DNA of 64,000 nucleotides from a virus. Under the pieces are notes generated by a model. It had not been told where the DNA came from. It was given only the letters and a program-made list of their open reading frames with translations, and did no database searches. Position 1 is the first letter of the stretch, and every line of letters begins with the position of its first letter. The DNA is taken from positions 23,841 to 87,840 of the IMG/VR virus record IMGVR_UViG_3300042008_000003. One strand, written 5' to 3'. Below, piece after piece: positions 9,674 to 19,407 of the stretch. Both the position numbers and the translations under genes were made by a program.

Positions 9674-9682
9674 GGAGTTGAA

Positions 9683-10057
9683 ATGTTAAAACCTCAATTC
9701 CTCTTAACTCACAAAATACCACTAACAATCTTTCGTAAATCTGAAGGCTCTTATGTTAATGGTAGGTGGGTAGAAGGGTCTTTAGTTGAGATTGTACTTC
9801 AAGTCAACATCCAACCTTTAAAACCTCATGAAATTATGATGTTTCCAGAGTCAGATAGAACAAGAGCTTGGTTTAAGTTCTATTCAGCAGATTACGCCAG
9901 AACTTTGAAAGAAGGGACAAATGGTTGGTCTGCTGACGAATTTGTTTGGAAAGGTGACAGGTATAAAATTATGCGTGTTGATGATTGGACATCTGGAATG
10001 TCAATTTTGGAACACGTCAAAGTCTATGCTGCACGTATAGAACTAACACCAAACTAA
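9683..10057 (+). CDS. head closure protein
   Basis: Position; GSYVNGRWVEG, NIQP, DEFVWKGDRYKI. Confidence 0.7.
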   Translation: MLKPQFLLTHKIPLTIFRKSEGSYVNGRWVEGSLVEIVLQVNIQPLKPHEIMMFPESDRTRAWFKFYSADYARTLKEGTNGWSADEFVWKGDRYKIMRVDDWTSGMSILEHVKVYAARIELTPN

Positions 10058-10066
10058 GAGGTATCT

Positions 10067-10570
10067 ATGTCATTTAAGCTAAAGATTGATACCTCTGTTT
10101 GGGATAACCTTAAAAAAAGTCTAAAGCAAGCTGAAATATATAACATTAACTTAGGTTGGTTTGAAGGACAAAACTATGGCCCTGATAACGATAATATCTC
10201 CTATGCTCAAGTTGCCCAGTGGAATAACGAAGGTCATGTAAACGGATCTAGTTCTCTAGTCCCCGGAGCAATAACCCCGCCGAGACCCTTTATGTCTGTT
10301 GGCTTACCAGGCGCTCTTAAAGCTGGTGCTAATAAAGATGATTTCAACAAAATGGTTGAAGCTATTCTAAATGGCAAATCCGTTCTAGTCGCGATGCAAA
10401 AGAGTACTAATAACTTTGAAAGGACTTTGCGCAAAGTGATGTTAGATTGGGACACACCTCGAAATGCCCCTCTTACTGTAGAAATAAAGGGATTCGACAA
10501 CCCTTTGGTTAATTCTAGTGAATTGATTGCTAATGTTACTGCTAAAGTTGAAAAAAGGACAACCGTCTAA
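10067..10570 (+). CDS. neck/tail completion protein
   Basis: PPRPFM and NAPLTVEIKGFDNPLV motifs. Confidence 0.7.
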   Translation: MSFKLKIDTSVWDNLKKSLKQAEIYNINLGWFEGQNYGPDNDNISYAQVAQWNNEGHVNGSSSLVPGAITPPRPFMSVGLPGALKAGANKDDFNKMVEAILNGKSVLVAMQKSTNNFERTLRKVMLDWDTPRNAPLTVEIKGFDNPLVNSSELIANVTAKVEKRTTV

Positions 10571-11100
10571 TGAGCATTTACAGTGACGTAGCTGATGGAT
10601 TGATACAAGCTGCAACATCAGCATTATCTGAGTTCACAGACCCTCTTGTGATACTTAGTCATCAAAATGGTGCTGAATCTTCTCAAACTTATTGTGTTAT
10701 TAACATTCTCAATATTCAGCAGCAAGGGCACCATAGTACTTCTTCTCAGACTAGAGCTAACTTTGAATTAAACATCAGAGTTGTATATGAAGTTATGGCT
10801 CAGTTTAGTTTTATCGGTAGTCAGTCTGGGGATATGGCTCAAAGCTTTACACAACGTTTAAATAACAACCCTATTATGCTACAAACCCTCAAGAAAAATA
10901 ATCTGGGGTTTATGCGTAAGAGTCAGATTAGAAGAGCCCCACAGAAAAGAGATACCCAGTGGGTAGAGTATCACAATATAGATGCAACATTTAACTACAT
11001 TGTAAACACTACAGAAGTTAGTGATTATGTAGAATCTATTATTGTTGACTCAGAACAAACAGGTGTTTTTACAGTACCTGAAGGTATCATAATTCCGTAA
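10570..11100 (+). CDS. tail terminator/neck protein
   Basis: Position immediately before the sheath gene. Confidence 0.65.
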   Translation: MSIYSDVADGLIQAATSALSEFTDPLVILSHQNGAESSQTYCVINILNIQQQGHHSTSSQTRANFELNIRVVYEVMAQFSFIGSQSGDMAQSFTQRLNNNPIMLQTLKKNNLGFMRKSQIRRAPQKRDTQWVEYHNIDATFNYIVNTTEVSDYVESIIVDSEQTGVFTVPEGIIIP

Positions 11101-11176
11101 GAAGGCATTCGTATGCCGCAATTAAATATTAAAACAAGGATTAACGAATGTCTTTTAATTATATCGAGGTGTGCCT

Positions 11177-12466
11177 GTGAGCGAACTTGACCAGATTGTA
11201 AATATTCAAATTACACGAGAGTCTACAGCAGTAGCTACAGCAAGCTTCCAGATTCCTCTTATCCTCGCAACCTTTACAAACTTTTCTCAGCGTACTCGTA
11301 CTTATACAGATATTACCTCACTTGGTGGTGACTTCGCATCAACTAGTAATGTCTACAAAATTGGTGCGAAACTGTTTGGTCAATCATCTGTTGGTGCTGT
11401 ACCTCCTTCCGTTGTTGTAGGTCGTCGCCAAGTAGATACTGTTAATGGTAGTGTTGCTGTAGCTAACTCGACCACTTATACTCTGACAATTAATGGCACA
11501 GCCTATAGCATCACATCTGATGCGTCGGCCACAGCTATTGAAATTGTTGCGGCCTTAGATACCGCGGTAGGCACCCCGGCTGGTATTACCTTCACTGACA
11601 ATCTTGATGGTACATTTACTGTTTCTCCTACTACACCCGGTAGCCCGTGGAGTCTGACCAGTTCAAGTAATGTAGTGTTGGTCAATGCTGCCCCTACAGA
11701 AGATTGGGTAGAAGCTCTTGAAGCTGTTGAGCAAGAGAATAATGTCTGGTACGGTATTGTTGCAGAGACTCATGTAGTAGCCGATGTAGAAGCCCTCAGT
11801 GATGCCATTAACGCTCGCCGTAAGATTTACGGTACGTCTAGTGCTGACGTAGTTGTTCCTACAACTGGTACGACTGATATTGCCACAATTCTAAGTAATA
11901 AAACTGCTGACCGTACATATGGTGTTTATCTCCCAACCGCTGATACTGAGTATCCAGAAGCAGCCTGGATGGGCTCCCAAATGGCATACACTCCAGGTTC
12001 AAATGACTGGGACTTTAAGCGTGCTGTCGGTGTAACTGTAAGTAAGATCACTGATACCCAACGTGTTAATCTTCGTGCCAAAAACATGAACATGTACACT
12101 ACAGTTGCTGGTGTGAACATCTTCCAAGATGGTGATACCTTCGGCGGCTCACCCATTGATGAAGTTGTAGGTATTGACTGGTTATATGCACGGCTTCAAG
12201 AGGGTGTGTACTTCCGTCTAATCAATAGCCTTAAAGTACCAATGACAAATCCAGGTCTGGCTATTATTGAGAATGAAATCCGCTCTGTACTCTCTCAAGC
12301 TGAGGCTAATGGTTTGATTGATCGCGGATGGTCAGTCTCCACCCCAGATGTGTCCACAATCCCCGCAAACCTTCGTGCACAACGTACGGCTGGCGTGTTT
12401 GTGTTCCGTGCTCGCCTTGCTGGCTCGATTAGACGCATTCAGATCAACGGCTTCTTGTCAGTATAA
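11177..12466 (+). CDS. tail sheath protein (DUF3383-like)
   Basis: C-terminal IDEVVGIDWL...ARLAGSI..IQING; start placed at GTG 11177 (GAGGT RBS). Confidence 0.9.
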   Translation: MSELDQIVNIQITRESTAVATASFQIPLILATFTNFSQRTRTYTDITSLGGDFASTSNVYKIGAKLFGQSSVGAVPPSVVVGRRQVDTVNGSVAVANSTTYTLTINGTAYSITSDASATAIEIVAALDTAVGTPAGITFTDNLDGTFTVSPTTPGSPWSLTSSSNVVLVNAAPTEDWVEALEAVEQENNVWYGIVAETHVVADVEALSDAINARRKIYGTSSADVVVPTTGTTDIATILSNKTADRTYGVYLPTADTEYPEAAWMGSQMAYTPGSNDWDFKRAVGVTVSKITDTQRVNLRAKNMNMYTTVAGVNIFQDGDTFGGSPIDEVVGIDWLYARLQEGVYFRLINSLKVPMTNPGLAIIENEIRSVLSQAEANGLIDRGWSVSTPDVSTIPANLRAQRTAGVFVFRARLAGSIRRIQINGFLSV

Positions 12467-12470
12467 ATAC

Positions 12471-12526
12471 TTTACAGAAAACCTCTTAGATGGTATGATC
12501 TCAAGTCATTTTATTTAGGAGGTTTT
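12471..12526 (+). promoter_or_regulatory. sigma70 promoter nested in an RBS-sequestering hairpin
   Basis: TTTACA-17-TATGAT; AAAACCTCTTAGAT pairs with ATTTAGGAGGTTTT (14 bp, 2 G-U). Confidence 0.7.
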
Positions 12527-13330
12527 ATGAAGAATTGCTATCTATACAAAATTGTTAATAAAGTTAATGGTAAGCTATATATTGGAATAACCTCTGACCC
12601 TAGAAAAAGAAAACAAAGACATTTTTCTAAAACGGGTCATAGTGCAGTTTCTCTTGTACGACTTGCTATGGATAAATATGGAAGAGAGAACTTTTCTTTT
12701 GAAATTATCTGTCTTGGAAGTAAAGAATATATTCTTGATCTAGAAGTAAAAGCCATTTCTCTATACCGGACTTGTGAAAAGAAGTTTGGTTATAATATTA
12801 AACCTGGCGGTCAATCAGGGGCTGGCTACATGATAAACGGTAGCAAGAAAGACACCCCGGTTTTCGTAAGTGGTTGGTGGTTTCCTGTTCGACGTGTAGC
12901 AATTAAGGCCCTCAATATTACTACTCATATGTATAAAAACTACCAAAAGAATGGAACTTTAGGAGATATTGTACGTGGTAAAAGAGGTGCCGTTTATGTG
13001 GATGGTAATATTTACTCTCCGGTATATGTTGCTGATTTCTGGTTCACTAATCGTAAAACAGCCGCAGACAAATTAGGTCTGCCTTATTCCACAGTACAAA
13101 ATAGAATTTACAAAGGTTTTACTGGAACTAAGAAGGGGCAAAAAGATCAGTACGGGAAAAATAATAATTTCTTTGGCGTTGATCCAAAAGACCATCCAAG
13201 TTCAGTAGCAGTAATCATTAATGATATTAAATATGATAGTATTAAACAGGCCACGGAAGCTACGGGGTTTTCTAAATATATTATCAACTCAAGAATAAAA
13301 GAAAATCATATTGATTTTCGATACGCATAG
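12527..13330 (+). CDS. GIY-YIG homing endonuclease
   Basis: YLYKIVNKVNGKLYIGIT...RKQRH...E...GYNIKPGG; repeated C-terminal DNA-binding modules. Confidence 0.9.
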   Translation: MKNCYLYKIVNKVNGKLYIGITSDPRKRKQRHFSKTGHSAVSLVRLAMDKYGRENFSFEIICLGSKEYILDLEVKAISLYRTCEKKFGYNIKPGGQSGAGYMINGSKKDTPVFVSGWWFPVRRVAIKALNITTHMYKNYQKNGTLGDIVRGKRGAVYVDGNIYSPVYVADFWFTNRKTAADKLGLPYSTVQNRIYKGFTGTKKGQKDQYGKNNNFFGVDPKDHPSSVAVIINDIKYDSIKQATEATGFSKYIINSRIKENHIDFRYA

Positions 13331-13339
13331 GAAAATCTA

Positions 13340-13870
13340 ATGGCCGATAATTTTATTGGTAGCTACTCGCCGGATGACTTCACGATTGTACTGTCCAAGG
13401 GTAACTTTGTGCATACTATTACTGGGTATGCAGATGGTACTTTTGTTAGTATGGACAGACTAGTACCATCTAGTACGCCTTATCAGGGAGTTGGTGGATC
13501 GCCATTTGGTCGGGTACGTCGAAGAGTAACAGCTATGAACGTTACTATAACTCTTCACCAGTATTCACCAAGTAATACTATTCTTCAACAACTACAAATT
13601 GCCGACGCTAATACAACTAATAACGATTTTGTATTTAATTGTATGCTCAAAGATCCTAGTGGGCAGACAGTTGCATCTTCCAATAGCGCAATCATTGTTG
13701 CCCCTCCAACAGTACAATTCAGTTCTGATACAAGTACCCGAGACTGGGCTATTTATCTGTTTGGTTCAGACTTGTTTATTGGTGGTAACATTCCACTGAC
13801 TGATTCTGAAGTTGCTGCTGTGGAAGCTACTGGCGGTAATGTTGACCCTAGATGGCAGCTAAACCCATAA
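13340..13870 (+). CDS. tail tube protein (DUF3277-like)
   Basis: YSPDD...ITGYADGTFV...ITLHQYSPSN; follows the sheath. Confidence 0.8.
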   Translation: MADNFIGSYSPDDFTIVLSKGNFVHTITGYADGTFVSMDRLVPSSTPYQGVGGSPFGRVRRRVTAMNVTITLHQYSPSNTILQQLQIADANTTNNDFVFNCMLKDPSGQTVASSNSAIIVAPPTVQFSSDTSTRDWAIYLFGSDLFIGGNIPLTDSEVAAVEATGGNVDPRWQLNP

Positions 13871-13876
13871 TTGAAT

Positions 13877-13922
13877 GGGCAGATTTGATCAGATTATAAA
13901 TCTTATCTGCCCTCTCTTTTTA
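13877..13922 (+). terminator. intrinsic terminator after first tube gene
   Basis: GGGCAGAT...ATCTGCCC stem followed by TCTCTTTTT. Confidence 0.6.
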
Positions 13923-13935
13923 TTAAGGAGCTTTT

Positions 13936-14439
13936 ATGGCAGGAATTTTTAACTACTGTCCTGATGATGTGGTCTGCCTGATTGGTGGGCTTCTTTCTGT
14001 AGAAGGTTTTGTAGACGGGACTTTCATATCTATCCGTAAAGACATTCTACCATTCACTTCTGGTAGAACTTCTGATGGGCAAGTTGGAAGACTCTACCAA
14101 AGCGATCAAACTTATACAATTACTTTGACTCTGCATGCTGGCTCTTTTTCTAATGATGTGCTGACTAAGTTTTGGCAATTAGATGAAATTAGTCAAAGAG
14201 GCAAGTTCCCCCTGCTGGTGAAGGATTCCTCTGGATCTGATTTATTCTTTAGTACCAATACTTGGATTGAAGGTATTCCTACTCTCTCTAAGAGTGCTTC
14301 AGTTGACAGCAGAGTGTGGATCTTAAGAAGTTCTCAAGCAGTTATCAATATTGGCAGTAATGCTAATGAGCAAAGTATTATTCAAGATCTTCTGAATATT
14401 GCTACAGGTGCACTTCCTATTTTAGAAGGAATCCTATAA
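13936..14439 (+). CDS. tail tube-like protein 2
   Basis: YCPDDV...GFVDGTFI...TLTLHAGSFSN; paralogous to 13340. Confidence 0.75.
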   Translation: MAGIFNYCPDDVVCLIGGLLSVEGFVDGTFISIRKDILPFTSGRTSDGQVGRLYQSDQTYTITLTLHAGSFSNDVLTKFWQLDEISQRGKFPLLVKDSSGSDLFFSTNTWIEGIPTLSKSASVDSRVWILRSSQAVINIGSNANEQSIIQDLLNIATGALPILEGIL

Positions 14440-14936
14440 TGGCTAATAGCTTCACTGTAACGACATACTCCCCAAAAGATGTACAATTATCTATTGGTGG
14501 GTATCAAATTGTTGGTTGGGATAGTATTTCTATTGCTAGGAGTGTAAAAGGATTTACAACAATTAGAGGAATTAGAGGTAAACATACAAGAGTTCCCAAT
14601 GTGGACACATCTTGCACTATCACAATCCCTTTGATTCAATTCTCTCCTAGTAATGATGTCCTATCTTATATTCATAAATTAGACTTAGATAGAGGAACAG
14701 CCCGCATCTCTCTTACTTTAAAAGATAGATCAGGTGGTAGTGTATATTCATCTAATGAAGCCTATATTACAGGCTACCCTACAGCAACATACTCTGGACA
14801 GTTTGAGTACAGGAGTTGGGAGATTTTTGCACAAACTACCGATACTTACACTGTTGCAGGCAATACAAGACCATCTACTAGCATCTTTGATAGTATTGTC
14901 AATGAAGCTAGTGATTTTGTAAACAATTTAATCTGA
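14439..14936 (+). CDS. tail tube-like protein 3
   Basis: YSPKDV...PLIQFSPSN...LKDRSG...RSWEI; paralogous to 13340. Confidence 0.75.
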   Translation: MANSFTVTTYSPKDVQLSIGGYQIVGWDSISIARSVKGFTTIRGIRGKHTRVPNVDTSCTITIPLIQFSPSNDVLSYIHKLDLDRGTARISLTLKDRSGGSVYSSNEAYITGYPTATYSGQFEYRSWEIFAQTTDTYTVAGNTRPSTSIFDSIVNEASDFVNNLI

Positions 14937-14946
14937 GATAAAATAA

Positions 14947-15267
14947 ATGGCAGCTCCACAATTTGAACTACCCGAACAAACTACTATCACTCTAGATGAT
15001 ATCGAATATCTTGTACAGGCAATGCCTGCCACAGAGGGTTTGAAGTTCTTAGAGAAACACCAAGAATCTATTGATAGTGGTAAAGCAGATTTGAGTCAGA
15101 TGAAACAAATCATCTGTAAGTATGTTTCTAAGAATAATCGTACTATTACAGCAGAAACTTTTGACTCTGCTTTCTCCCGTAAGTATGGTCATTTGCAAAA
15201 GCTCTACCAAGAAGTTCTTATGTATAACTTCGCTGATGTTTTTCAACAGCCCGATTCAGAAGAGTAA
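14947..15267 (+). CDS. tail assembly chaperone
   Basis: Position before the tape measure gene; frameshift signal at its 3' end. Confidence 0.8.
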   Translation: MAAPQFELPEQTTITLDDIEYLVQAMPATEGLKFLEKHQESIDSGKADLSQMKQIICKYVSKNNRTITAETFDSAFSRKYGHLQKLYQEVLMYNFADVFQQPDSEE

Positions 15268-15515
15268 AGTCTGGGTCGGGAGATAAAAAGCCTCCTACAC
15301 CACTTGAGAAGAATATTGATGAAACGTTCTCTCAGTCTTGGCAAATATATAGAATTGCTATGCATGAAAAAGGTGGTCTTGAGATAGCTGCACAAATGGA
15401 TTCTAAGTATTCAACTAGACAGCTTTATAAGATGCTAGAACTACTTGATGTGTATGATGCACTTCAAGAACAATATGTGAACCAAGAAAAAGCAAAGAAA
15501 ACTAAAAATAAATGA
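15237..15515 (+). CDS. -1 frameshift extension of tail chaperone (G-T type)
   Basis: -1 frame is open from TGTTTTTC at 15237 to TGA 15515; hairpin at 15250-15280. Confidence 0.75.
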   Translation, partial: CFSTARFRRVKSGSGDKKPPTPLEKNIDETFSQSWQIYRIAMHEKGGLEIAAQMDSKYSTRQLYKMLELLDVYDALQEQYVNQEKAKKTKNK

Positions 15516-15529
15516 CGGAGTAATGAACA

Positions 15530-17374
15530 TTGCAAATAAGTAAGTACTTCGCAAGTTTAGGTTTCGACATTGATAAAGCCTCTGTAAAAAGAGTAGATAC
15601 GGCAATCAACAGACTTGAAGCAAGACTTAAGTCTTTTGGCAATATTGCCAACAAGCCCATTACTCTTTCATTGGGTAAATTTGATGTAGACCAAAGACGC
15701 TTAAACTTAGCTCTTGGTACAGCACTAGATATTGCGTCAGCCAGGACCACCTTTCAAATCTCAAGATTTGTCGTAGACCAGAACTATCTTAATAGGGCTA
15801 TGGTTGCTGCAACCACACAAGCTAGTAGAGTTGCAAGTCAATCAGCTACGATTAGGCCTAATGTACATGCGCAAGGTGCTGGTGTCACTGGAAGACATGC
15901 TGCTGTTGCTGGTGGTATTGCTGGTGGTATATCAAGACTTTATGGACCAGCTTTAGCACTAGGGTTGGGCGGGTATGGTCTAGGGGCTTTAAACCAAAGA
16001 AACCAGCAAGTTGTTAGTGCTCAATTACAGTCGAGTGCAGTTGTACAACAAGCTGGTGGAACTGCCGAGCAAGGTCAAGCATCTTTTGAATATCTTCGTA
16101 GTGAAGGTAATAGGATTGGCTTTAATTACCTTGATGCTTCTCAAGACTACAACAAACTTATCTCAGGTTTGACAGGCGCAGGGTTTGGTGTAAAAGATAG
16201 CCAAAAAGTATTCTCGGGGTTTGCTGAGTTATCCCGTGTAAACAAACTAGATAAAGTTACTCAGAATAGATTGTTTAGAGCTTTGTCTCAAGTTGCAGGC
16301 AAAGATCAGTTAATGGCTGAGGAATTGACAGGCCAAATCGCAGAAGCGCTTCCCGGAGGCGTTGCTTTATTTGCTCAGGCATATAAAAGGCAGACAGGAC
16401 AAGATCTTGGGCTTGGTGATGTGAGTGCAAACAGTTCTGCTGATATCAAAAGGTTACTTGCAGCAACTAAAAATAGGGAAGTCCGAGGCGAGATTCTCAT
16501 TGCAGCAGGGCAAATTGCATCTGAAAGAGCAAATAAAGGTGGGGCATTAACAGCCGCCTCAACAGCCTCACAGGCCGAACAAGCTAGGTATCAGAACACA
16601 GTAAATGACCTCGCAGTTGTAGCCTCAAACTCAGGAGTAGAAGAAGGTTTTGCCCGTATTTTCCGTACCTTAAATGGTGGGTTGAGTGAAAGCAATGGCC
16701 TAGTAAGGACTCTATCTGAGCAGTTCAATGAGGCTACCAAATTTGCCGATGATTTACTTCTTTTTCCGCAATCTTTCATTAGGGCATTGGAAGGTAAAGA
16801 CAGTCTTGTAGCTGACTTCCTTGGTATTGAGCAGACTTCTCAACTTATTGAAGACTGGAAAACAATTCAAGGTCTTTTTACAAGTATTGGCTCAATCAAG
16901 TTTGACTTTCTACCTACACTAGAAGCTACAGCAAGAGAAATAGCTGCAATCATTAATACAATTGCTGAGTTTCAGAATTGGAAAAATAACTTACTGGCTT
17001 CCCCCTCTCAACAGCAAGATGTAAGCTTTATTGACAGACCAATCACTGCAACTTATCAGACGCTTGGTAGACTTTTCGGTGGTACTGGTGATGCTATTGA
17101 TAGATCGCAAGAGAGAGGTAATGCTGTTTATGGAAACCCTGACTCAGCTTTTTATCAGAACCCTTCAGATTATGATGATAATCTGAAAAACATGCTAGCA
17201 GACTTAGCAAATCAGCAAAAGTCTCAATCTCTAACAACATCGGTTAGTCTAACCATTAGTGTAGATCCTATTACTCTGGCTAATATGGATGTTGCAGCCC
17301 AGGCTGAAGACCTTGGCAATAGACTAGTAACAATGTTTGAACAAGTTAATGTGAACTTCCCAGTAGGAGAGTAA
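15530..17374 (+). CDS. tape measure protein
   Basis: Ala/Gly-rich helical protein; RALSQVAGKDQLMAEELTGQIAE tape-measure motif. Confidence 0.88.
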   Translation: MQISKYFASLGFDIDKASVKRVDTAINRLEARLKSFGNIANKPITLSLGKFDVDQRRLNLALGTALDIASARTTFQISRFVVDQNYLNRAMVAATTQASRVASQSATIRPNVHAQGAGVTGRHAAVAGGIAGGISRLYGPALALGLGGYGLGALNQRNQQVVSAQLQSSAVVQQAGGTAEQGQASFEYLRSEGNRIGFNYLDASQDYNKLISGLTGAGFGVKDSQKVFSGFAELSRVNKLDKVTQNRLFRALSQVAGKDQLMAEELTGQIAEALPGGVALFAQAYKRQTGQDLGLGDVSANSSADIKRLLAATKNREVRGEILIAAGQIASERANKGGALTAASTASQAEQARYQNTVNDLAVVASNSGVEEGFARIFRTLNGGLSESNGLVRTLSEQFNEATKFADDLLLFPQSFIRALEGKDSLVADFLGIEQTSQLIEDWKTIQGLFTSIGSIKFDFLPTLEATAREIAAIINTIAEFQNWKNNLLASPSQQQDVSFIDRPITATYQTLGRLFGGTGDAIDRSQERGNAVYGNPDSAFYQNPSDYDDNLKNMLADLANQQKSQSLTTSVSLTISVDPITLANMDVAAQAEDLGNRLVTMFEQVNVNFPVGE

Positions 17375-17375
17375 T

Positions 17376-18173
17376 ATGTCTTTAGCCCTACGTTGGGGAA
17401 ATGATAATGAGGAGGGTGGTGGCTTTATCTATATGGATTCTGTCACTGCCTACACTCAGAATTATTCAGGTAAAGTTACTTCCCACCCTGTAGATGGTGG
17501 TGCTAATATCTCTGATCACTTTATTAAAGATAACACTAAGATTACTATTAGTGCTGTTATCACAGGTGTAGATATTTCCACAGGGACTTATCTTATTCAA
17601 GATTTGGTTGGTAATGCTCCCTCTAACAGTGAGCAGGCCCCTAATGCTGTATCAGTTAATTCCACAGACCAAAGCGTTCTAAAGAAATTTATTCCTGATA
17701 GTATTGGACAGTTCTTACCGGACAGCACACCAGAAGTTTTTGTTGATAGTAGACGTACGGATCTCCTTGAACAGATCAGGCAAGCATTAATTGACTTAAC
17801 TTCTGGGGTGCTCTTTAATGAAAAGACCAGACAGTTTGACCCTAATATTCAAGTAGTTCGTTTATTTGAATATGATAAGACATTACTTCGTAAATTTATT
17901 AATAACTTAGTAATGACCAATCTTATTTTCAAGGAAGATCCTAATACAGGATATGGTCTTTATTGTGATATGACTTTTGAGCAGATTACTTTTGCTTTCT
18001 TAAAGAAGACAACCATCCCCAAAGATATTGTAAATTCTCTCAAGAAGAAAGCATCTGATAAATCTTCTAAAGGTAAACAAGATAGTACCCCCCAGAATGT
18101 TGACGGTACTAATGCAGGAAGTAATGCTCCTAAAGATACAGACCCACTAAGGCAGGCAAGAGAAAATGGTTGA
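17376..18173 (+). CDS. baseplate/Dit-like tail protein
   Basis: VTSHPVDGGANISDH motif; follows the tape measure gene. Confidence 0.7.
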   Translation: MSLALRWGNDNEEGGGFIYMDSVTAYTQNYSGKVTSHPVDGGANISDHFIKDNTKITISAVITGVDISTGTYLIQDLVGNAPSNSEQAPNAVSVNSTDQSVLKKFIPDSIGQFLPDSTPEVFVDSRRTDLLEQIRQALIDLTSGVLFNEKTRQFDPNIQVVRLFEYDKTLLRKFINNLVMTNLIFKEDPNTGYGLYCDMTFEQITFAFLKKTTIPKDIVNSLKKKASDKSSKGKQDSTPQNVDGTNAGSNAPKDTDPLRQARENG

Positions 18174-18495
18174 TAAGTATATTTCGCTGCCTTTGTTTGC
18201 TGATCCTTACTATTCTTATCCTATTGCCTTGCAAGGTAACTCTTATATTTTAGAGTTTATCTATAACGAAAGAACTCAACTTTATTCGTTGAGTTTATAC
18301 GATTCTGAAAGTAATCCAATAGTTTTAGGTGAAGCCTTAGTTCCTAATTATCCAATATTTAAAGATTATGCAATCTTCCCTCTTACTGGATTCTTCTGGA
18401 TGGAAGAGAAAGCGGATATACTTAGTGAGCCCTATAAAGTGTATCCCGATTCTTTGGATCAGTACTATTCAATGTATTACATGTATTCTGAGTGA
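18166..18495 (+). CDS. baseplate protein
   Basis: Position; IALQGNSYILEFIYNER. Confidence 0.65.
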   Translation: MVDKYISLPLFADPYYSYPIALQGNSYILEFIYNERTQLYSLSLYDSESNPIVLGEALVPNYPIFKDYAIFPLTGFFWMEEKADILSEPYKVYPDSLDQYYSMYYMYSE

Positions 18496-18500
18496 GCTAA

Positions 18501-19397
18501 ATGGAACTTAACCTAAGACAATCAAATCGACAGTATGAACTGATAATTGGTGACTCCCAAACTGGCGATGGTCTTAGTATAACGGACCTTCAAGTACAAT
18601 TTGATATCAGTAAAAGTACAGATAACAAGAAACGTACTAACTCAGCATCTATTGAAGTTACAAACCTTTCCCTTGAACATCTCAAAGCCTTAGACACAGA
18701 TTATCCAGCCGCTGCCTTCTCTGCTGGGTATCTTGATACAGGTGGACCGAAACGTTTATTTGGTGGGCAAGTTACCCACGTAAGTACACGCAAGTCTGGT
18801 ACAGACAGAGTTACACAGATTACTCTTGGATCGGGTTACACTGAGATAAATCACCAAGTGTTATCTAGTATTGTTGCTCCCGGACAAACTGTCAGAGAAG
18901 TTGCTGAGACTTTGAGACAAGCCCTCCCAGGCGTCTCTCGCGGTGTTTACAATGGCACTAATCTGAACAATGAGATTCTTTATGGCTACCCTTTGATGGG
19001 TACTCCTAAAGAGATGTTAGATGAGTTATCTAATAAGTATGCATTGGATTGGCAGGTTGACGACGATACTTTGTATATTCATGACAATGATAGGGCAACT
19101 ACAGAGAACTTTCAAGAAGCTTATGTAATCTCAAAGTATACAGGTCTTGTAGAAAGTGCCTACAGGGTATCTGGAGATAGACAACGGTCTACTAAAGATA
19201 AGGCCAAGAAGCCTAGTATTCAGATGAAAGTGTTGCTCAATCCTGATATTAAGGCTGGGGATATTATTCGTCTTGAAGATACCTTAATTACTGGATGGCT
19301 TAGGGTTGATTCCCTCAGGCACACAGGAGGATGGCGTTCAGCAAACTGGTACACTGAGATCAAAGCATCTAGCTTAGAAAAGGTTATAAAGTCTTGA
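18501..19397 (+). CDS. baseplate hub protein
   Basis: FDISKS...NSASIEVTNL, LLNPDIKAGD motifs. Confidence 0.75.
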   Translation: MELNLRQSNRQYELIIGDSQTGDGLSITDLQVQFDISKSTDNKKRTNSASIEVTNLSLEHLKALDTDYPAAAFSAGYLDTGGPKRLFGGQVTHVSTRKSGTDRVTQITLGSGYTEINHQVLSSIVAPGQTVREVAETLRQALPGVSRGVYNGTNLNNEILYGYPLMGTPKEMLDELSNKYALDWQVDDDTLYIHDNDRATTENFQEAYVISKYTGLVESAYRVSGDRQRSTKDKAKKPSIQMKVLLNPDIKAGDIIRLEDTLITGWLRVDSLRHTGGWRSANWYTEIKASSLEKVIKS

Positions 19398-19407
19398 GGA
19401 GTTTAAA

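Noticed and set aside
12462-12469. T4-type late promoter TATAAATA
   Set aside because: Overlaps the sheath stop codon in AT-rich DNA, was not seen systematically before other late genes, and no phage sigma factor is evident in the window.
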